In this document: positions 29,279-38,729 of the stretch, in pieces
Numbering within the stretch: position 1 is the first letter of the stretch
Layout of the letters: every line of letters begins with the position of its first letter
IMG/VR virus record: IMGVR_UViG_3300050821_007139
Location: 1 to 64,000 of that record
Strand: one strand, 5' to 3'
Source of the DNA: a virus
DNA length: 64,000 bases
The notes under the pieces: generated by a model
Databases searched by the model: none
What the model was told of the DNA's origin: nothing
The model's input: only the letters and a program-made list of their open reading frames with translations
Position numbers and translations under genes: made by a program

Positions 29279-30228
29279 AACGATATCTTTGGTTTCTTTT
29301 AGTTTTTATATTTCCTGCATCGTCTATGGCCGATGTAACTTTTAGCTCGACTCGGGCGTATCAATCAGTATCGCTAACTGGCAGCGCATTTATTCCAAAT
29401 GTTCTGCTTGGCTCAAACTTGACCCTAACTCTCGTTCACGGAACTTGTCCGTGTACATTGAATAATATGACCAATATTTATCCTGGTCAGTTCGGTGTAG
29501 TTCATATTATAAATAGCTCTAGTGGTAGCGAGATTCTTACCCTATCAGGTAGTCAATATTCGTTGACTGTAACGCCTCCTTTTACACCAGATCCAGCATC
29601 TGAAAACGATTGGTTTTATACAGTCAACGCGGATAGCAAGGTATTATTTACATCAGCGGCATTACCACCTTCGATCTCTAACACACAGGCGAATTTGCTC
29701 TCCGGCGCCGACGGAATGACAAGTGGCTGGACTGCACAAAACGCGACGCTTGCCACGGGCGCGACATGTACTAGCCCAATTGGCGGCACAAATACCTGTG
29801 CTTTATTGACTGAAGATACGACTACAAATACGCATTTCGCGTTTCAAAACACAACGCTACCGACATCCACAAATACCGCGAGCGTGTTTGCCAAGATAAA
29901 TTCCGGCACACGTTTTGTAGAGTTTCGAATAGCTGACAATTCTTTTGTCAATGTTGCTAGTGAGATATTCGATCCGGTAACGTGCTCGGATACGATATCA
30001 GGTACTGGTGCTACCACGATTGGAACGGCGGTAATTATCGGTCATGGGACCATAGCGCGCTCAAACGGGTTTTGTGAGGGATGGATACAGGCGAATTTAG
30101 GCGGCGCTGTTCCGGTATTTGAGAATATCCAATTAGCAACACCGGCTGGTGATAATTATCTTGGAACGGGGCAGAGTAATTTATTGTGGCGTCCTGCAGT
30201 GAGGAATTGTGTATGCTCACCACCATGA
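29275..30228 (+). CDS. Secreted fibre/spike protein with C-terminal CBM/jelly-roll-like domain
   Basis: Signal ending 'SSMA'; 'NLL......W......A..L.ED....H...T.S.FAK' domain; paralogous to C-terminal part of next gene. Confidence 0.68.
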   Translation: MKRYLWFLLVFIFPASSMADVTFSSTRAYQSVSLTGSAFIPNVLLGSNLTLTLVHGTCPCTLNNMTNIYPGQFGVVHIINSSSGSEILTLSGSQYSLTVTPPFTPDPASENDWFYTVNADSKVLFTSAALPPSISNTQANLLSGADGMTSGWTAQNATLATGATCTSPIGGTNTCALLTEDTTTNTHFAFQNTTLPTSTNTASVFAKINSGTRFVEFRIADNSFVNVASEIFDPVTCSDTISGTGATTIGTAVIIGHGTIARSNGFCEGWIQANLGGAVPVFENIQLATPAGDNYLGTGQSNLLWRPAVRNCVCSPP

Positions 30229-32480
30229 AACGAATTATTCTTACACTTGCTATTGCGATGGCGAGTGCATTTCCGGCGCTTGCCCAAAATCAGGGAACTA
30301 CTAGGCTTTTTCCTCCGATCGATGACTTGAGCCTGGTGAATCATCAGCCCTGGGCCTGCACTCAACTTACTGCTGGCTGTGCGTTTAACGTAATCACGCC
30401 AAATCCAGGTATTGATCAGAGTGCCCAGATACAGGCTGCGCTTAATGGGTCGAAAACTTTGCCGGTAATGTTAGTTGGCGGTCCATTCATTTCTTGCACA
30501 CAGCTCCAGGTTCCCAACTATGGAACCTTTTTAAGCTATAATACCCTTGCTTATGATCCATTTTTTGGGACAGAAGCAAATACTTACCTGTCATGCAATA
30601 GTACATTTCATGGCACTAGTTTTGTTGCCTTTACTGGGTTACATGGCGGGTTGATTCGAGATATCGCTATTGATGATAATTATACGCATCAAACAACTTT
30701 TGTGGGATCAATTTCGGGAACAACACTTTCTGTCGCTTCAATTACATCGAGCAATCTATCTCCAACGATTACGGTCGGCCAAAGTTTGCAGGACGCGGCA
30801 GGTCATATTGCGATGACGACGCAGATAACCGCACTTGGTACTTGTGGAAATCCCGTTGTTCCGCCTTGTACTTTTTCTGTGTGGCCGTCACAGACAGTTG
30901 CAAGCGAAACTATGGGTGCTACAGTACACTGCTTTGAAAACATCCATAATGCTTCGTTCACCACTGCCTACGATATTCAAGGTGTCCGCTGTACGGGGGA
31001 TGGATATCATGTTGTTGCCGATGGTAATCAGCCGGGTGGGCAGGGAATTGGTGGCGCTATCATCCGTCCATTAATTGGTGGCGCCCATACATATCTATCA
31101 CTAAATGTTGGCGCTGGATTACGTGTCGATCAGGTAAATAACGGATTTGCCTCGGATCTTTCAGTGCAATGCTGTCTCAATGCAGCAAGCAACTCGAATA
31201 ACGGATTCTTCGGTCAATCAGTCGGGGATATTATACTGGCTGGGACAACTGGTCAATATGACAACCTTCGGACAGAGCAAGATGGAGCGTGTGGAGTTGT
31301 ATTGCTTAATAGTGGCTACTTAACTCTTTCTAATTTACACGTTGACTCAAACTCATGCGTTGTTAAGGCGTTTAATTCATCGCTCAGTTTGATAGGTGGA
31401 GATGCGTTTAATAGGTTTACTGGGGTCACGGCGATTCAATTATTCAACTCCACTATGACTATGCAAGGATTTTTTCTAGGCCCCGGATATTCATCTTCGA
31501 TCCAAGCTGACGCCACGTCACATTTCTCCGGTTGGTTCGGCGGTACTAACCCTGGAATATCTTTTGCCGACCCCACAAGCGAACTTGTAGTGGGCCCAGG
31601 ATTAATAAATTCAGTCGGCGGCAACCCGCCAGCTACCGTAACGCTTACCGGAGCCGCTTTTGCTGCACCCGATTTATTACGCTCGGCCAACTCTATATTT
31701 GCCTTAAATCATGCGGGTTGTGCAGGTGGAACCGGCGGACATTGCTCTGTTCCGAACCCGACTTTTTTCACTAAGGGCACGAATGGCGTTTTTGAAATTC
31801 AGCAAAGTCTTACCGGCAATGATACAATTACTTGGGGTTCTGCATATGTTAATGCGCCAACACTCAGTACGGGAGCTGGTGCGGTAGATTATGTACCGTG
31901 GTATGTAAATTCAGTCGGTCAGGTAGTGCTCGAAGCGCCTAATCAGAATCGGCTTGTTACAACTCCTGTTCCGGCCCAGCCTAACATTGTCACGCTACCA
32001 TTGAGTTTTGCTGGTGGCGTATGGGGCGGTGGAACGCCTACGGCAGGTCAACTCGATCCAGAAGGCGGCACTACAGCAGTATTATTTACCGAAGATTCCA
32101 GCACCGGTTATCATGGCATATCAACTAATGTTACAGGTGCTGCTGGCACTTATACCGCCTCGTTCTTCTTCAAAGTTGGCGCTACCGGGGCGACGCGTTA
32201 TGCAAACCTTCAGATCAATTCGACTACGACTAATGACCAGGTACAGTATCAGGTCAATCCCTGTAATAATACAGGAGCGAGTGGCGGAGAAATAGTTGCA
32301 AGCGGGTGCATCATGTCACCAAATGGATATGGGCGGGTGTATTTGACTGTGGCAGCGCCGAGTGCATTATCAAGCGTCATATTCTTTATGGGTGATTATA
32401 GTAATTATACCTATACGGGCGACGGCGTTTCTAATGGTTATTTCTGGGGGCCAATTATGCGTGCTGGGAATGCGCCATAA
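30225..32480 (+). CDS. Secreted tailspike-like protein (beta-helix plus C-terminal CBM-like domain)
   Basis: Start re-called to ATG 30225 (MKRIILTLAIAMASAFPALA); 'D.SAQIQAALN' beta-helix cap; 'F.GSISGTTL.V' motif; many Cys. Confidence 0.72.
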   Translation: MKRIILTLAIAMASAFPALAQNQGTTRLFPPIDDLSLVNHQPWACTQLTAGCAFNVITPNPGIDQSAQIQAALNGSKTLPVMLVGGPFISCTQLQVPNYGTFLSYNTLAYDPFFGTEANTYLSCNSTFHGTSFVAFTGLHGGLIRDIAIDDNYTHQTTFVGSISGTTLSVASITSSNLSPTITVGQSLQDAAGHIAMTTQITALGTCGNPVVPPCTFSVWPSQTVASETMGATVHCFENIHNASFTTAYDIQGVRCTGDGYHVVADGNQPGGQGIGGAIIRPLIGGAHTYLSLNVGAGLRVDQVNNGFASDLSVQCCLNAASNSNNGFFGQSVGDIILAGTTGQYDNLRTEQDGACGVVLLNSGYLTLSNLHVDSNSCVVKAFNSSLSLIGGDAFNRFTGVTAIQLFNSTMTMQGFFLGPGYSSSIQADATSHFSGWFGGTNPGISFADPTSELVVGPGLINSVGGNPPATVTLTGAAFAAPDLLRSANSIFALNHAGCAGGTGGHCSVPNPTFFTKGTNGVFEIQQSLTGNDTITWGSAYVNAPTLSTGAGAVDYVPWYVNSVGQVVLEAPNQNRLVTTPVPAQPNIVTLPLSFAGGVWGGGTPTAGQLDPEGGTTAVLFTEDSSTGYHGISTNVTGAAGTYTASFFFKVGATGATRYANLQINSTTTNDQVQYQVNPCNNTGASGGEIVASGCIMSPNGYGRVYLTVAAPSALSSVIFFMGDYSNYTYTGDGVSNGYFWGPIMRAGNAP

Positions 32481-32526
32481 ATGAGCCTTAAGTGATATAT
32501 TTGTTAGTTGGACATGGAAGATTCTA

Positions 32527-32760
32527 ATGAGCGAACAGGAAAAACCAACTCTCTGGTCTCGTATTCGCGAGTTCTTATATCCACCACGGCCTGACAAAAC
32601 AGCCGTTGGTTACCTTGACTTTGCAGCTGGGGTTGATGACTGTGGTCGTTGCGCCCATTATCTTTCTACTACACACCGCTGTAAACTTATCCGTGGTCGG
32701 GTATCTCCTAACGGATGGTGCCGGTACTTTGTAAACCCAGGGGAGAATCAGCCCTTTTAG
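32527..32760 (+). CDS. HiPIP-like (high-potential iron-sulfur) domain protein
   Basis: 'CGRCAHY......CKLIRGRVSPNGWCRYF' four-Cys HiPIP spacing. Confidence 0.7.
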   Translation: MSEQEKPTLWSRIREFLYPPRPDKTAVGYLDFAAGVDDCGRCAHYLSTTHRCKLIRGRVSPNGWCRYFVNPGENQPF

Positions 32761-32793
32761 GTGTAAATAATGAGCGACGAGCGAGAATTCTAA

Positions 32794-33591
32794 GTGGCTA
32801 CAGATGATAACGGCATCTCCGAGTTAAGAAATGCGACTGATGAACTTAAACGCGTTATTGACTTAGTACGGGACCGCTCCTCTATATGGACGCTCCCGCC
32901 TCAGTCGTCGGTGGGATTACCTATAGGTTCAGATAACTGGAATTTTACTACATTTGAGAAATATATTAACCAGCGCTTTGGCGATCTTTCGTTACAGTTG
33001 CGCGAGCGCTATGAAGCGCAACAGACTGGCGTTATTGCTGCTTTGGCCGCTGCCGAGAAAGCGGTTAACGCAGCGTTGATCGCCGCTGAGAAGGCAGTTG
33101 ATAAAGCAGAAGGTGCCCAGCAGCTTCGTAACGAAGCGCAAAATGAGTTTCGTAAATCACTTTCCGATCTTTCAGGATTGATGTGGACTAGTAAAGAAGG
33201 CTTGGCAGCGGTTGATTCAGTACGACGCGAGCTTAACGCCCTAGTAACAAATGCGGAAAATCGTATCGGCGTGATTGAAAAGTCTATTGCTGATAAGTGG
33301 AATTCTAAGGATGGCCAGTCAGCGGTAGATTCGGCGCGCCGTGAGAGGGTTGAAAGCTTTAGTCTTTTGGAAAAACGCACCGGAATATTAGAAACTGGTT
33401 ACGCGAATCTTCAAGGGCGCATTTGGGCTGTGAGCGCATCATTTGCAATTATAGTTGTCATTGTTGAGATTGCTATGCATTTCATACCTTCTTCTGTTTC
33501 TCCTACACCCATCCCTTCTATGTATAATAGTACGCCATCATCTCAGTGGCCGACGGCGGTTCCAACCGCACCCGGTGGTCCACAAAAATGA
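32794..33591 (+). CDS. Coiled-coil membrane protein upstream of endolysin
   Basis: 'AAEKAV' repeats, single C-terminal TM helix. Confidence 0.6.
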   Translation: MATDDNGISELRNATDELKRVIDLVRDRSSIWTLPPQSSVGLPIGSDNWNFTTFEKYINQRFGDLSLQLRERYEAQQTGVIAALAAAEKAVNAALIAAEKAVDKAEGAQQLRNEAQNEFRKSLSDLSGLMWTSKEGLAAVDSVRRELNALVTNAENRIGVIEKSIADKWNSKDGQSAVDSARRERVESFSLLEKRTGILETGYANLQGRIWAVSASFAIIVVIVEIAMHFIPSSVSPTPIPSMYNSTPSSQWPTAVPTAPGGPQK

Positions 33592-33689
33592 ACGAAACCG
33601 ATCCTATAGCAATAGCGCGATTCTTTTTAGAAATCTTTTTACTTATTGGCGCCATCGGAATTTTGCTTCTCCTTATAGATCATAGATAA
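33588..33689 (+). CDS. 33-aa single-TM protein, holin candidate (not in ORF track)
   Basis: MNETDPIAIARFFLEIFLLIGAIGILLLLIDHR; ATGA overlap; immediately before endolysin. Confidence 0.5.
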   Translation: MNETDPIAIARFFLEIFLLIGAIGILLLLIDHR

Positions 33690-33693
33690 AATT

Positions 33694-34335
33694 ATGCCCA
33701 CACTTCCTTATCTTCCTAAAGTTACAACCGATACAGTAATCGATATAAGTCATTATGAAAAGATTAGTCAAGATTTTACACAAGTTGCAAAATCAGGCAT
33801 CGTTGCAGTAATTATGAAGGCCACTCAAGGTGTTAACTTTGTCGATCCGACATTTCTTGAACGTGTAAGAGAGGCTAAAGCAGCCGGATTATTAGTCGGC
33901 GCTTACCATTTCTTAGATGGATCTAATCCGGCCGAACAAATAGCGCACTTTTTAACGGTTGCAGTAAGCGAAGGTGGAGTGGAATGGCTCGCGCTCGATT
34001 GGGAACCTTATCCAAATTCGCAAGCAACGGCAATGCAAGCGGCTACAGCAGCAGCGAGTATAGAAGCAGTACAAGATGTGTGGCCGACGTTATATACTAT
34101 TCGTAGTATGCTTAATGGACCAAATAAGACACTCTTAAATTGTCCCCTATGGCTAGCTGAGTATGGCTCGAGACCAATACCGCCTCCAGGATTTACGGCT
34201 TGGAAGCTTTGGCAACATACGGATGGCCAAGTAGGAAGCAGTGTTAATCCCGTTCCTGGTATCGGGCCGTGCGATAGAAGTAAATTCGCTGGTACAGTAA
34301 GTGAGCTTAAAGCTTGGTGGGCGAACCCGGTTTAA
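33694..34335 (+). CDS. Endolysin, GH25 muramidase
   Basis: 'VIDISHY', 'IMKATQG', 'GAYHF', 'ALDWE', 'LWLAEY', 'LWQHT'. Confidence 0.92.
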   Translation: MPTLPYLPKVTTDTVIDISHYEKISQDFTQVAKSGIVAVIMKATQGVNFVDPTFLERVREAKAAGLLVGAYHFLDGSNPAEQIAHFLTVAVSEGGVEWLALDWEPYPNSQATAMQAATAAASIEAVQDVWPTLYTIRSMLNGPNKTLLNCPLWLAEYGSRPIPPPGFTAWKLWQHTDGQVGSSVNPVPGIGPCDRSKFAGTVSELKAWWANPV

Positions 34336-34352
34336 ATGAAAGGAATCTGGCT

Positions 34353-34577
34353 ATGAAATTGATCATGTTGGCGTTTCTCGGCATTTTGATGTACGCAACG
34401 ACGGCGCAAGCCGCTAATTGCCGATGGACATACAATGGCTATGTATGCGCTCCGGGCTGGATGTGGCAGGATGGTCGCGAATGGAGCGAGTATGAGTGGC
34501 GCGAGCAGCACCGGCATCACGAGCGCGAGCGCGAGGGTGATTGGTCCCGTCATTATCACTACGATGAAAGGCATTAA
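34353..34577 (+). CDS. Small secreted protein with His/Arg/Glu-rich tail
   Basis: SD aaagga before ATG 34353; signal ending 'AQA'. Confidence 0.6.
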   Translation: MKLIMLAFLGILMYATTAQAANCRWTYNGYVCAPGWMWQDGREWSEYEWREQHRHHEREREGDWSRHYHYDERH

Positions 34578-34636
34578 TAATAAATTTTAACCATGCTTAT
34601 CTTTAATAAGGCGTTATTTTGATGAAAATGACTTAG

Positions 34637-35749
34637 ATGCCATATATTGTTCCTGATAAAGTAGTTGAGCCGTTATATGCAATAGTGCCGTTGAGTAATC
34701 CGTGGAGATGGAAAGCTCGGTGGAAGCACGTAGAACGATCAATCAAGCATTTCATGGACTCCGGCGCAGTGGTTGTCCTTGTGGAAGTCGCTTTCAATCG
34801 CCGCGAGTTTGCCTTTGCTAATAGTGGCCTCGACGGAACACCAGCTAACTGTGGCGTGCTTGGCAGTGACCATCGGTTCCGCCATCGCTATATCGGCCTT
34901 CGTAGCTCGCATGAGCTTTGGTTCAAAGAGAATCAGATAAACATAGCCGTCGCACAAGCGCTGCCCTATGACTGGCAGAATATGTGCTGGTTGGATAGTG
35001 ACCTATTATTTCTCCGACCGAATTGGGTAGGAGAATGTATCCACAAATTACAACACTACGATTTTCTACAAATGTTTGACCATGCTAGAGATGTTGGGCC
35101 GAATTATAGAGTTTTACCGGGCGGATATCCTCACGCTGATGGAACAAGTTGGGTGAGATGGTGGCTTGATGGAGAGCCCGATTTTAGCGAGATTGCAGTC
35201 CGAAAGGGCGAAGATTTAGCAATCGATCCCAAGCGTCGGCATAAGAAAAAGCATCATCCATATCCGCCTCGTGTTTGGCCGGGTTTAGCATGGGCCGCGA
35301 CGCGCCGTGGTTTTGATGCTGTAGGAGGTTTGCTCGATTTCGCTATATGGGGTGGCGGAGATTATCACATGGCACATTGCTTGATTGAGCGCAAAGATGG
35401 CATGATGCGTAACGATCTTCATCCTAACTATAAGATGAAAGTAATGGAGTGGTTCGACCGCTGCCAGCGTCATATTAGGCGAAATGTTGGAGTTATGGAA
35501 GGTAGCGTTTTCCATTTTTGGCACGGGCGCAAGACTGATCGGGGTTATAATGCTAAACACGCAGCTCTCGCGCGGATCGGATTTGATCCATTACGGCACT
35601 TGAAGAGAGACTATCAAGGGCTCTATCAGCTCAATGACGACGGTAGCGAAGGCTTTGTGCAGATGCGTGATACGCTACGAAGAGTCGCAATAGAACGCGA
35701 CGAGGACAGCAATGATACGCGGCTTGATCTTTGGGATCAGGGACACTGA
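34637..35749 (+). CDS. Glycosyltransferase-like protein (GT-A fold)
   Basis: 'LWFKENQIN', 'WLDSD' DxD, 'G.AWA..R', 'GGGD..MA', 'H.WHG'. Confidence 0.7.
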   Translation: MPYIVPDKVVEPLYAIVPLSNPWRWKARWKHVERSIKHFMDSGAVVVLVEVAFNRREFAFANSGLDGTPANCGVLGSDHRFRHRYIGLRSSHELWFKENQINIAVAQALPYDWQNMCWLDSDLLFLRPNWVGECIHKLQHYDFLQMFDHARDVGPNYRVLPGGYPHADGTSWVRWWLDGEPDFSEIAVRKGEDLAIDPKRRHKKKHHPYPPRVWPGLAWAATRRGFDAVGGLLDFAIWGGGDYHMAHCLIERKDGMMRNDLHPNYKMKVMEWFDRCQRHIRRNVGVMEGSVFHFWHGRKTDRGYNAKHAALARIGFDPLRHLKRDYQGLYQLNDDGSEGFVQMRDTLRRVAIERDEDSNDTRLDLWDQGH

Positions 35750-35751
35750 CA

Positions 35752-35874
35752 ATGCGTGACTATTGGTACGGCATAATTATATCTATTTGTTTCGCAGTCG
35801 TGGCTATTTGGTTTGGGGCATTTGAAATCATCAGATATCGGGAAGAAAAGAAGAAAAAGATATCTCAGCTATGA
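35752..35874 (+). CDS. 40-aa single-TM protein (not in ORF track)
   Basis: MRDYWYGIIISICFAVVAIWFGAFEIIRYREEKKKKISQL. Confidence 0.5.
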   Translation: MRDYWYGIIISICFAVVAIWFGAFEIIRYREEKKKKISQL

Positions 35875-35900
35875 TACAAGATTAGATTGGGACATTAAAC

Positions 35901-36107
35901 ATGAGGTTCAGATATCAGGGTGCAGACGTGCAGAGCGCACGGCATTCGATCTTCGATGGGCCACCGCCGCAAATGGTCGTGGAGGGAGAAGTTGTCGGGG
36001 TGTACTATGATCCCGATACAGAAGGACCGCAGCTATTACTGTGGGATGATAAGGCTGGCTGTATCAGAACATGCCCCGCTCTTGAATCTAAGAAAATCTA
36101 TCCATGA
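35901..36107 (+). CDS. Hypothetical protein
   Basis: ATGA-coupled to next gene. Confidence 0.5.
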   Translation: MRFRYQGADVQSARHSIFDGPPPQMVVEGEVVGVYYDPDTEGPQLLLWDDKAGCIRTCPALESKKIYP

Positions 36108-36451
36108 CTAAGATCATAACCCGAGTCATCTCGACGTTCGACACAAGTGGAAATGCGACATTGGTGATTCCGAATCACGCCGAGAGCGTATCGCTAAAAT
36201 TCTACGAGAATCCGCCGGACGATATTGGACAGCAGATTGCGGTAATCTTACTATTGGATGATCCGCCTATCGTAGCTGGGACACACGAGCGTAAGTTTGT
36301 AATCGTACCAGACGGCCAGCCTGTGCCGGTAGAGTTTAAGAAGTATGTAGCTACTTTTCCTTACGGGCCGAATAAGATATTGGTTCATTGTATCGAAGTA
36401 GGGATACAGGAGATGGGAAGTTTTAATCCTGATACAGCAGTGATTTCATGA
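36104..36451 (+). CDS. Conserved-looking phage hypothetical protein
   Basis: 'ERKF..VPDGQ.VP....YVATF......VH..E' pattern. Confidence 0.55.
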   Translation: MTKIITRVISTFDTSGNATLVIPNHAESVSLKFYENPPDDIGQQIAVILLLDDPPIVAGTHERKFVIVPDGQPVPVEFKKYVATFPYGPNKILVHCIEVGIQEMGSFNPDTAVIS

Positions 36452-36957
36452 TGCGTTTAATCGCGGGCCTAGCTATACTAATCATCTCGTATATTCCAGT
36501 TTCGGCACAGATCACTAGCCTTTCGCCAGATTTGATAGTGAATTGTCCTAATGGAGCGCTCCCTTGCACCATTGCTTCTCGCGCGCCTTTAGTTACTCAT
36601 GGAGAGCAAAGTCTTAGTCTTGATCAAACCTTTATAGGAATGACTGTGGTGAGATCCTGCGCACCAGCGACTTGCCTGACAGGGATGAAAGACACTGTTG
36701 TTGATCCTTCAGTAATCGGTAAGAATAACTCCTTTGGCGTATGCACCGGCGCTGGATGGGATACCATAAGTGCAGTGACGCCTGTAATAAATGGCGCCAA
36801 ATGGATATCGTTAACTCAGTGGCAATGCGCTGATTTCTTTTCGGACGGAACGAATTACCTGGTTGTATTAAGTTGGCAGGCGGGAAATAATATGCAAAGG
36901 TGTCCGACAGGGCAACATATGACTTCGGCAGCGCCTTTCAGGTGCGGGCCGCCATAA
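36448..36957 (+). CDS. Secreted Cys-rich protein
   Basis: Signal ending 'VSA'; eight cysteines; 'SDGTNY'. Confidence 0.6.
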   Translation: MMRLIAGLAILIISYIPVSAQITSLSPDLIVNCPNGALPCTIASRAPLVTHGEQSLSLDQTFIGMTVVRSCAPATCLTGMKDTVVDPSVIGKNNSFGVCTGAGWDTISAVTPVINGAKWISLTQWQCADFFSDGTNYLVVLSWQAGNNMQRCPTGQHMTSAAPFRCGPP

Positions 36958-37049
36958 TGACCAACTGGCAGGCTCAGTTGCTTGTAACCACCAGTATTAT
37001 TCTCGCGATGATAGCAATCGTCATTTGGGGAATGTGGGATTATTTATAA
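36957..37049 (+). CDS. 30-aa single-TM protein (not in ORF track)
   Basis: MTNWQAQLLVTTSIILAMIAIVIWGMWDYL. Confidence 0.45.
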   Translation: MTNWQAQLLVTTSIILAMIAIVIWGMWDYL

Positions 37050-37067
37050 ACAAGGGCTAGGGCGTTC

Positions 37068-37394
37068 ATGATCGACAAGCAATATACTGTGGAAGAAATA
37101 GACCGCATGCGATCGGCGGTGCGTTATATAATATTTCCCGATGGCCATTTCTCTGACGATTTTCCTATAGAAGAAAGGTATGTACAAAAGCAGACCGAAG
37201 ATCAGCTTCGGACGTACATGATAAATGGGACACGCCCTGAAGAATTAGAAGAATTGGTAAGTGATAAAGAAGAATGGCTTAGATGGAGAAATAAAGAACG
37301 ACAGAAATGTTGGGATACTGCTCCTCCTGATAGCACAGTAAAATACCCTGAAGAAATACAAGGCAATTGGCGTCCCGGACGGAAGGCAACATAA
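37068..37394 (+). CDS. Hypothetical protein
   Basis: ORF in operon. Confidence 0.55.
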   Translation: MIDKQYTVEEIDRMRSAVRYIIFPDGHFSDDFPIEERYVQKQTEDQLRTYMINGTRPEELEELVSDKEEWLRWRNKERQKCWDTAPPDSTVKYPEEIQGNWRPGRKAT

Positions 37395-37407
37395 GGACTA
37401 TAGTTAT

Positions 37408-38523
37408 ATGAGCATAATTACAACACAATCTATGCATTCTTATCTTAAATACCCAAGCGCCGACAATATCTTAGTTGATATGCATGGGAATGATTTTCCT
37501 TGGCGAGTGCCCCAGCTTTGCGCTTCTTATAATTGGCCTACAAATGCGCCAGGTGGCGGAGTTATAGGTATAGTCGAATTAGGAGGCGCCTGGATTTGGA
37601 ATGATATGGGGAAGTTCTTCACCGGCTTAAATCAGCCGGTTCCTAAAATTGGCGATTTCTCTGTTGATGGAGCGATGAATAATGGAGATATCACAGACCC
37701 TGCTTCAGCAGAAGTAACGCTAGATATACAGATTGCTGGAGCATCTTATTTCGCAGCGACTGGAAAGCCAGCGATAATAAGGGTATATTGGGCCGGAAAT
37801 ACCGTCAATGCAATCTCGCAGTCTATCACGAGAGCAGCTGCTGACGGGTGTGATACGTGCTCGATATCTTGGGGCGCTGATGAGGCTAATTGGGGAAATG
37901 CTGCAGCAATGCAACTTGAAGCCGCTGCCGCTGCAGCAGTTGGAGCTGGGATGATAGTATTCGCCGCTGCCGGCGATAATGACTCTAGCGATGGCGGGCC
38001 GACTGCCGCTAATGTAGATCTTCCAGCATCGGCCCCACACGTTATTGGATGCGGAGGAACAACTAGACCGCATAGCCCTAGTGCGGTTAAACCTGAAATA
38101 GTATGGAATCAATCGCCCGGTAACGCTAATGGCGAAGGTACGGGCGGCGGATTTTCTACTATCTTTCCTGTCTCACCTTGGATGGCAGGGGCGCCGTCTG
38201 GCCCAGGCAGGATGGTCCCTGATTTAGCCGCTAATGCAGATCCAAATACTGGCTATCATGTAACTCTTGGCGGCCGAGATGTTATTTTTGGCGGCACGTC
38301 GGCAGTAGCGCCTCTATATGCCGGATTATTCGCCTCGTTCGGCCTCAAGCTTGGATTTGTCGCACCCAAACTTTGGGCGAACCAGCTAGCGTTTAATGAT
38401 ATTACCAAGGGCGACAATGGCCAGTTTCGGGCGCTTGTGGGGCCAGACGCTGTGACTGGCTTGGGATCGCCTCGAGGAGCTCGCCTATCTGATCTATTCG
38501 CGCTCCGTCTATATATGAGGTAA
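37408..38523 (+). CDS. Sedolisin/kumamolisin-type peptidase (S53), catalytic domain only
   Basis: 'EVTLD' (Glu/Asp), 'SISWG', 'AAGDND', 'GR.VPDLAANADP.TGY', 'GGTSAVAP' (Ser), 'D.VTGLGSP'. Confidence 0.92.
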   Translation: MSIITTQSMHSYLKYPSADNILVDMHGNDFPWRVPQLCASYNWPTNAPGGGVIGIVELGGAWIWNDMGKFFTGLNQPVPKIGDFSVDGAMNNGDITDPASAEVTLDIQIAGASYFAATGKPAIIRVYWAGNTVNAISQSITRAAADGCDTCSISWGADEANWGNAAAMQLEAAAAAAVGAGMIVFAAAGDNDSSDGGPTAANVDLPASAPHVIGCGGTTRPHSPSAVKPEIVWNQSPGNANGEGTGGGFSTIFPVSPWMAGAPSGPGRMVPDLAANADPNTGYHVTLGGRDVIFGGTSAVAPLYAGLFASFGLKLGFVAPKLWANQLAFNDITKGDNGQFRALVGPDAVTGLGSPRGARLSDLFALRLYMR

Positions 38524-38525
38524 AT

Positions 38526-38717
38526 ATGAATAAATGGGTTGATGTAGGGATTACAGCATTAACAGCATTTATTATTACAGCTGGAGGAGCATATACGACT
38601 ATTGTAACTGGAACAACTGCAAGTCCAGATACTGCTCAGATAGTGACGTGTATTGTTGCAGGAGTTATGGCGGCCGCATTAGTCGTACAGAAACATTTAG
38701 CTCCGCCGCCGCAATAA
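38526..38717 (+). CDS. Two-TM small protein, holin-like
   Basis: SD gagg; two hydrophobic helices. Confidence 0.5.
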   Translation: MNKWVDVGITALTAFIITAGGAYTTIVTGTTASPDTAQIVTCIVAGVMAAALVVQKHLAPPPQ

Positions 38718-38729
38718 AGGATATCTTGT

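Noticed and set aside
19318-32480. Diversity-generating retroelement acting on fibre repeats
   Set aside because: No reverse transcriptase in the window, and repeat differences are not confined to adenines
36355-36370. ccttacgg match to the ncRNA motif (also ccgtaagg near 11495)
   Set aside because: Inside coding sequence and without the other conserved islands
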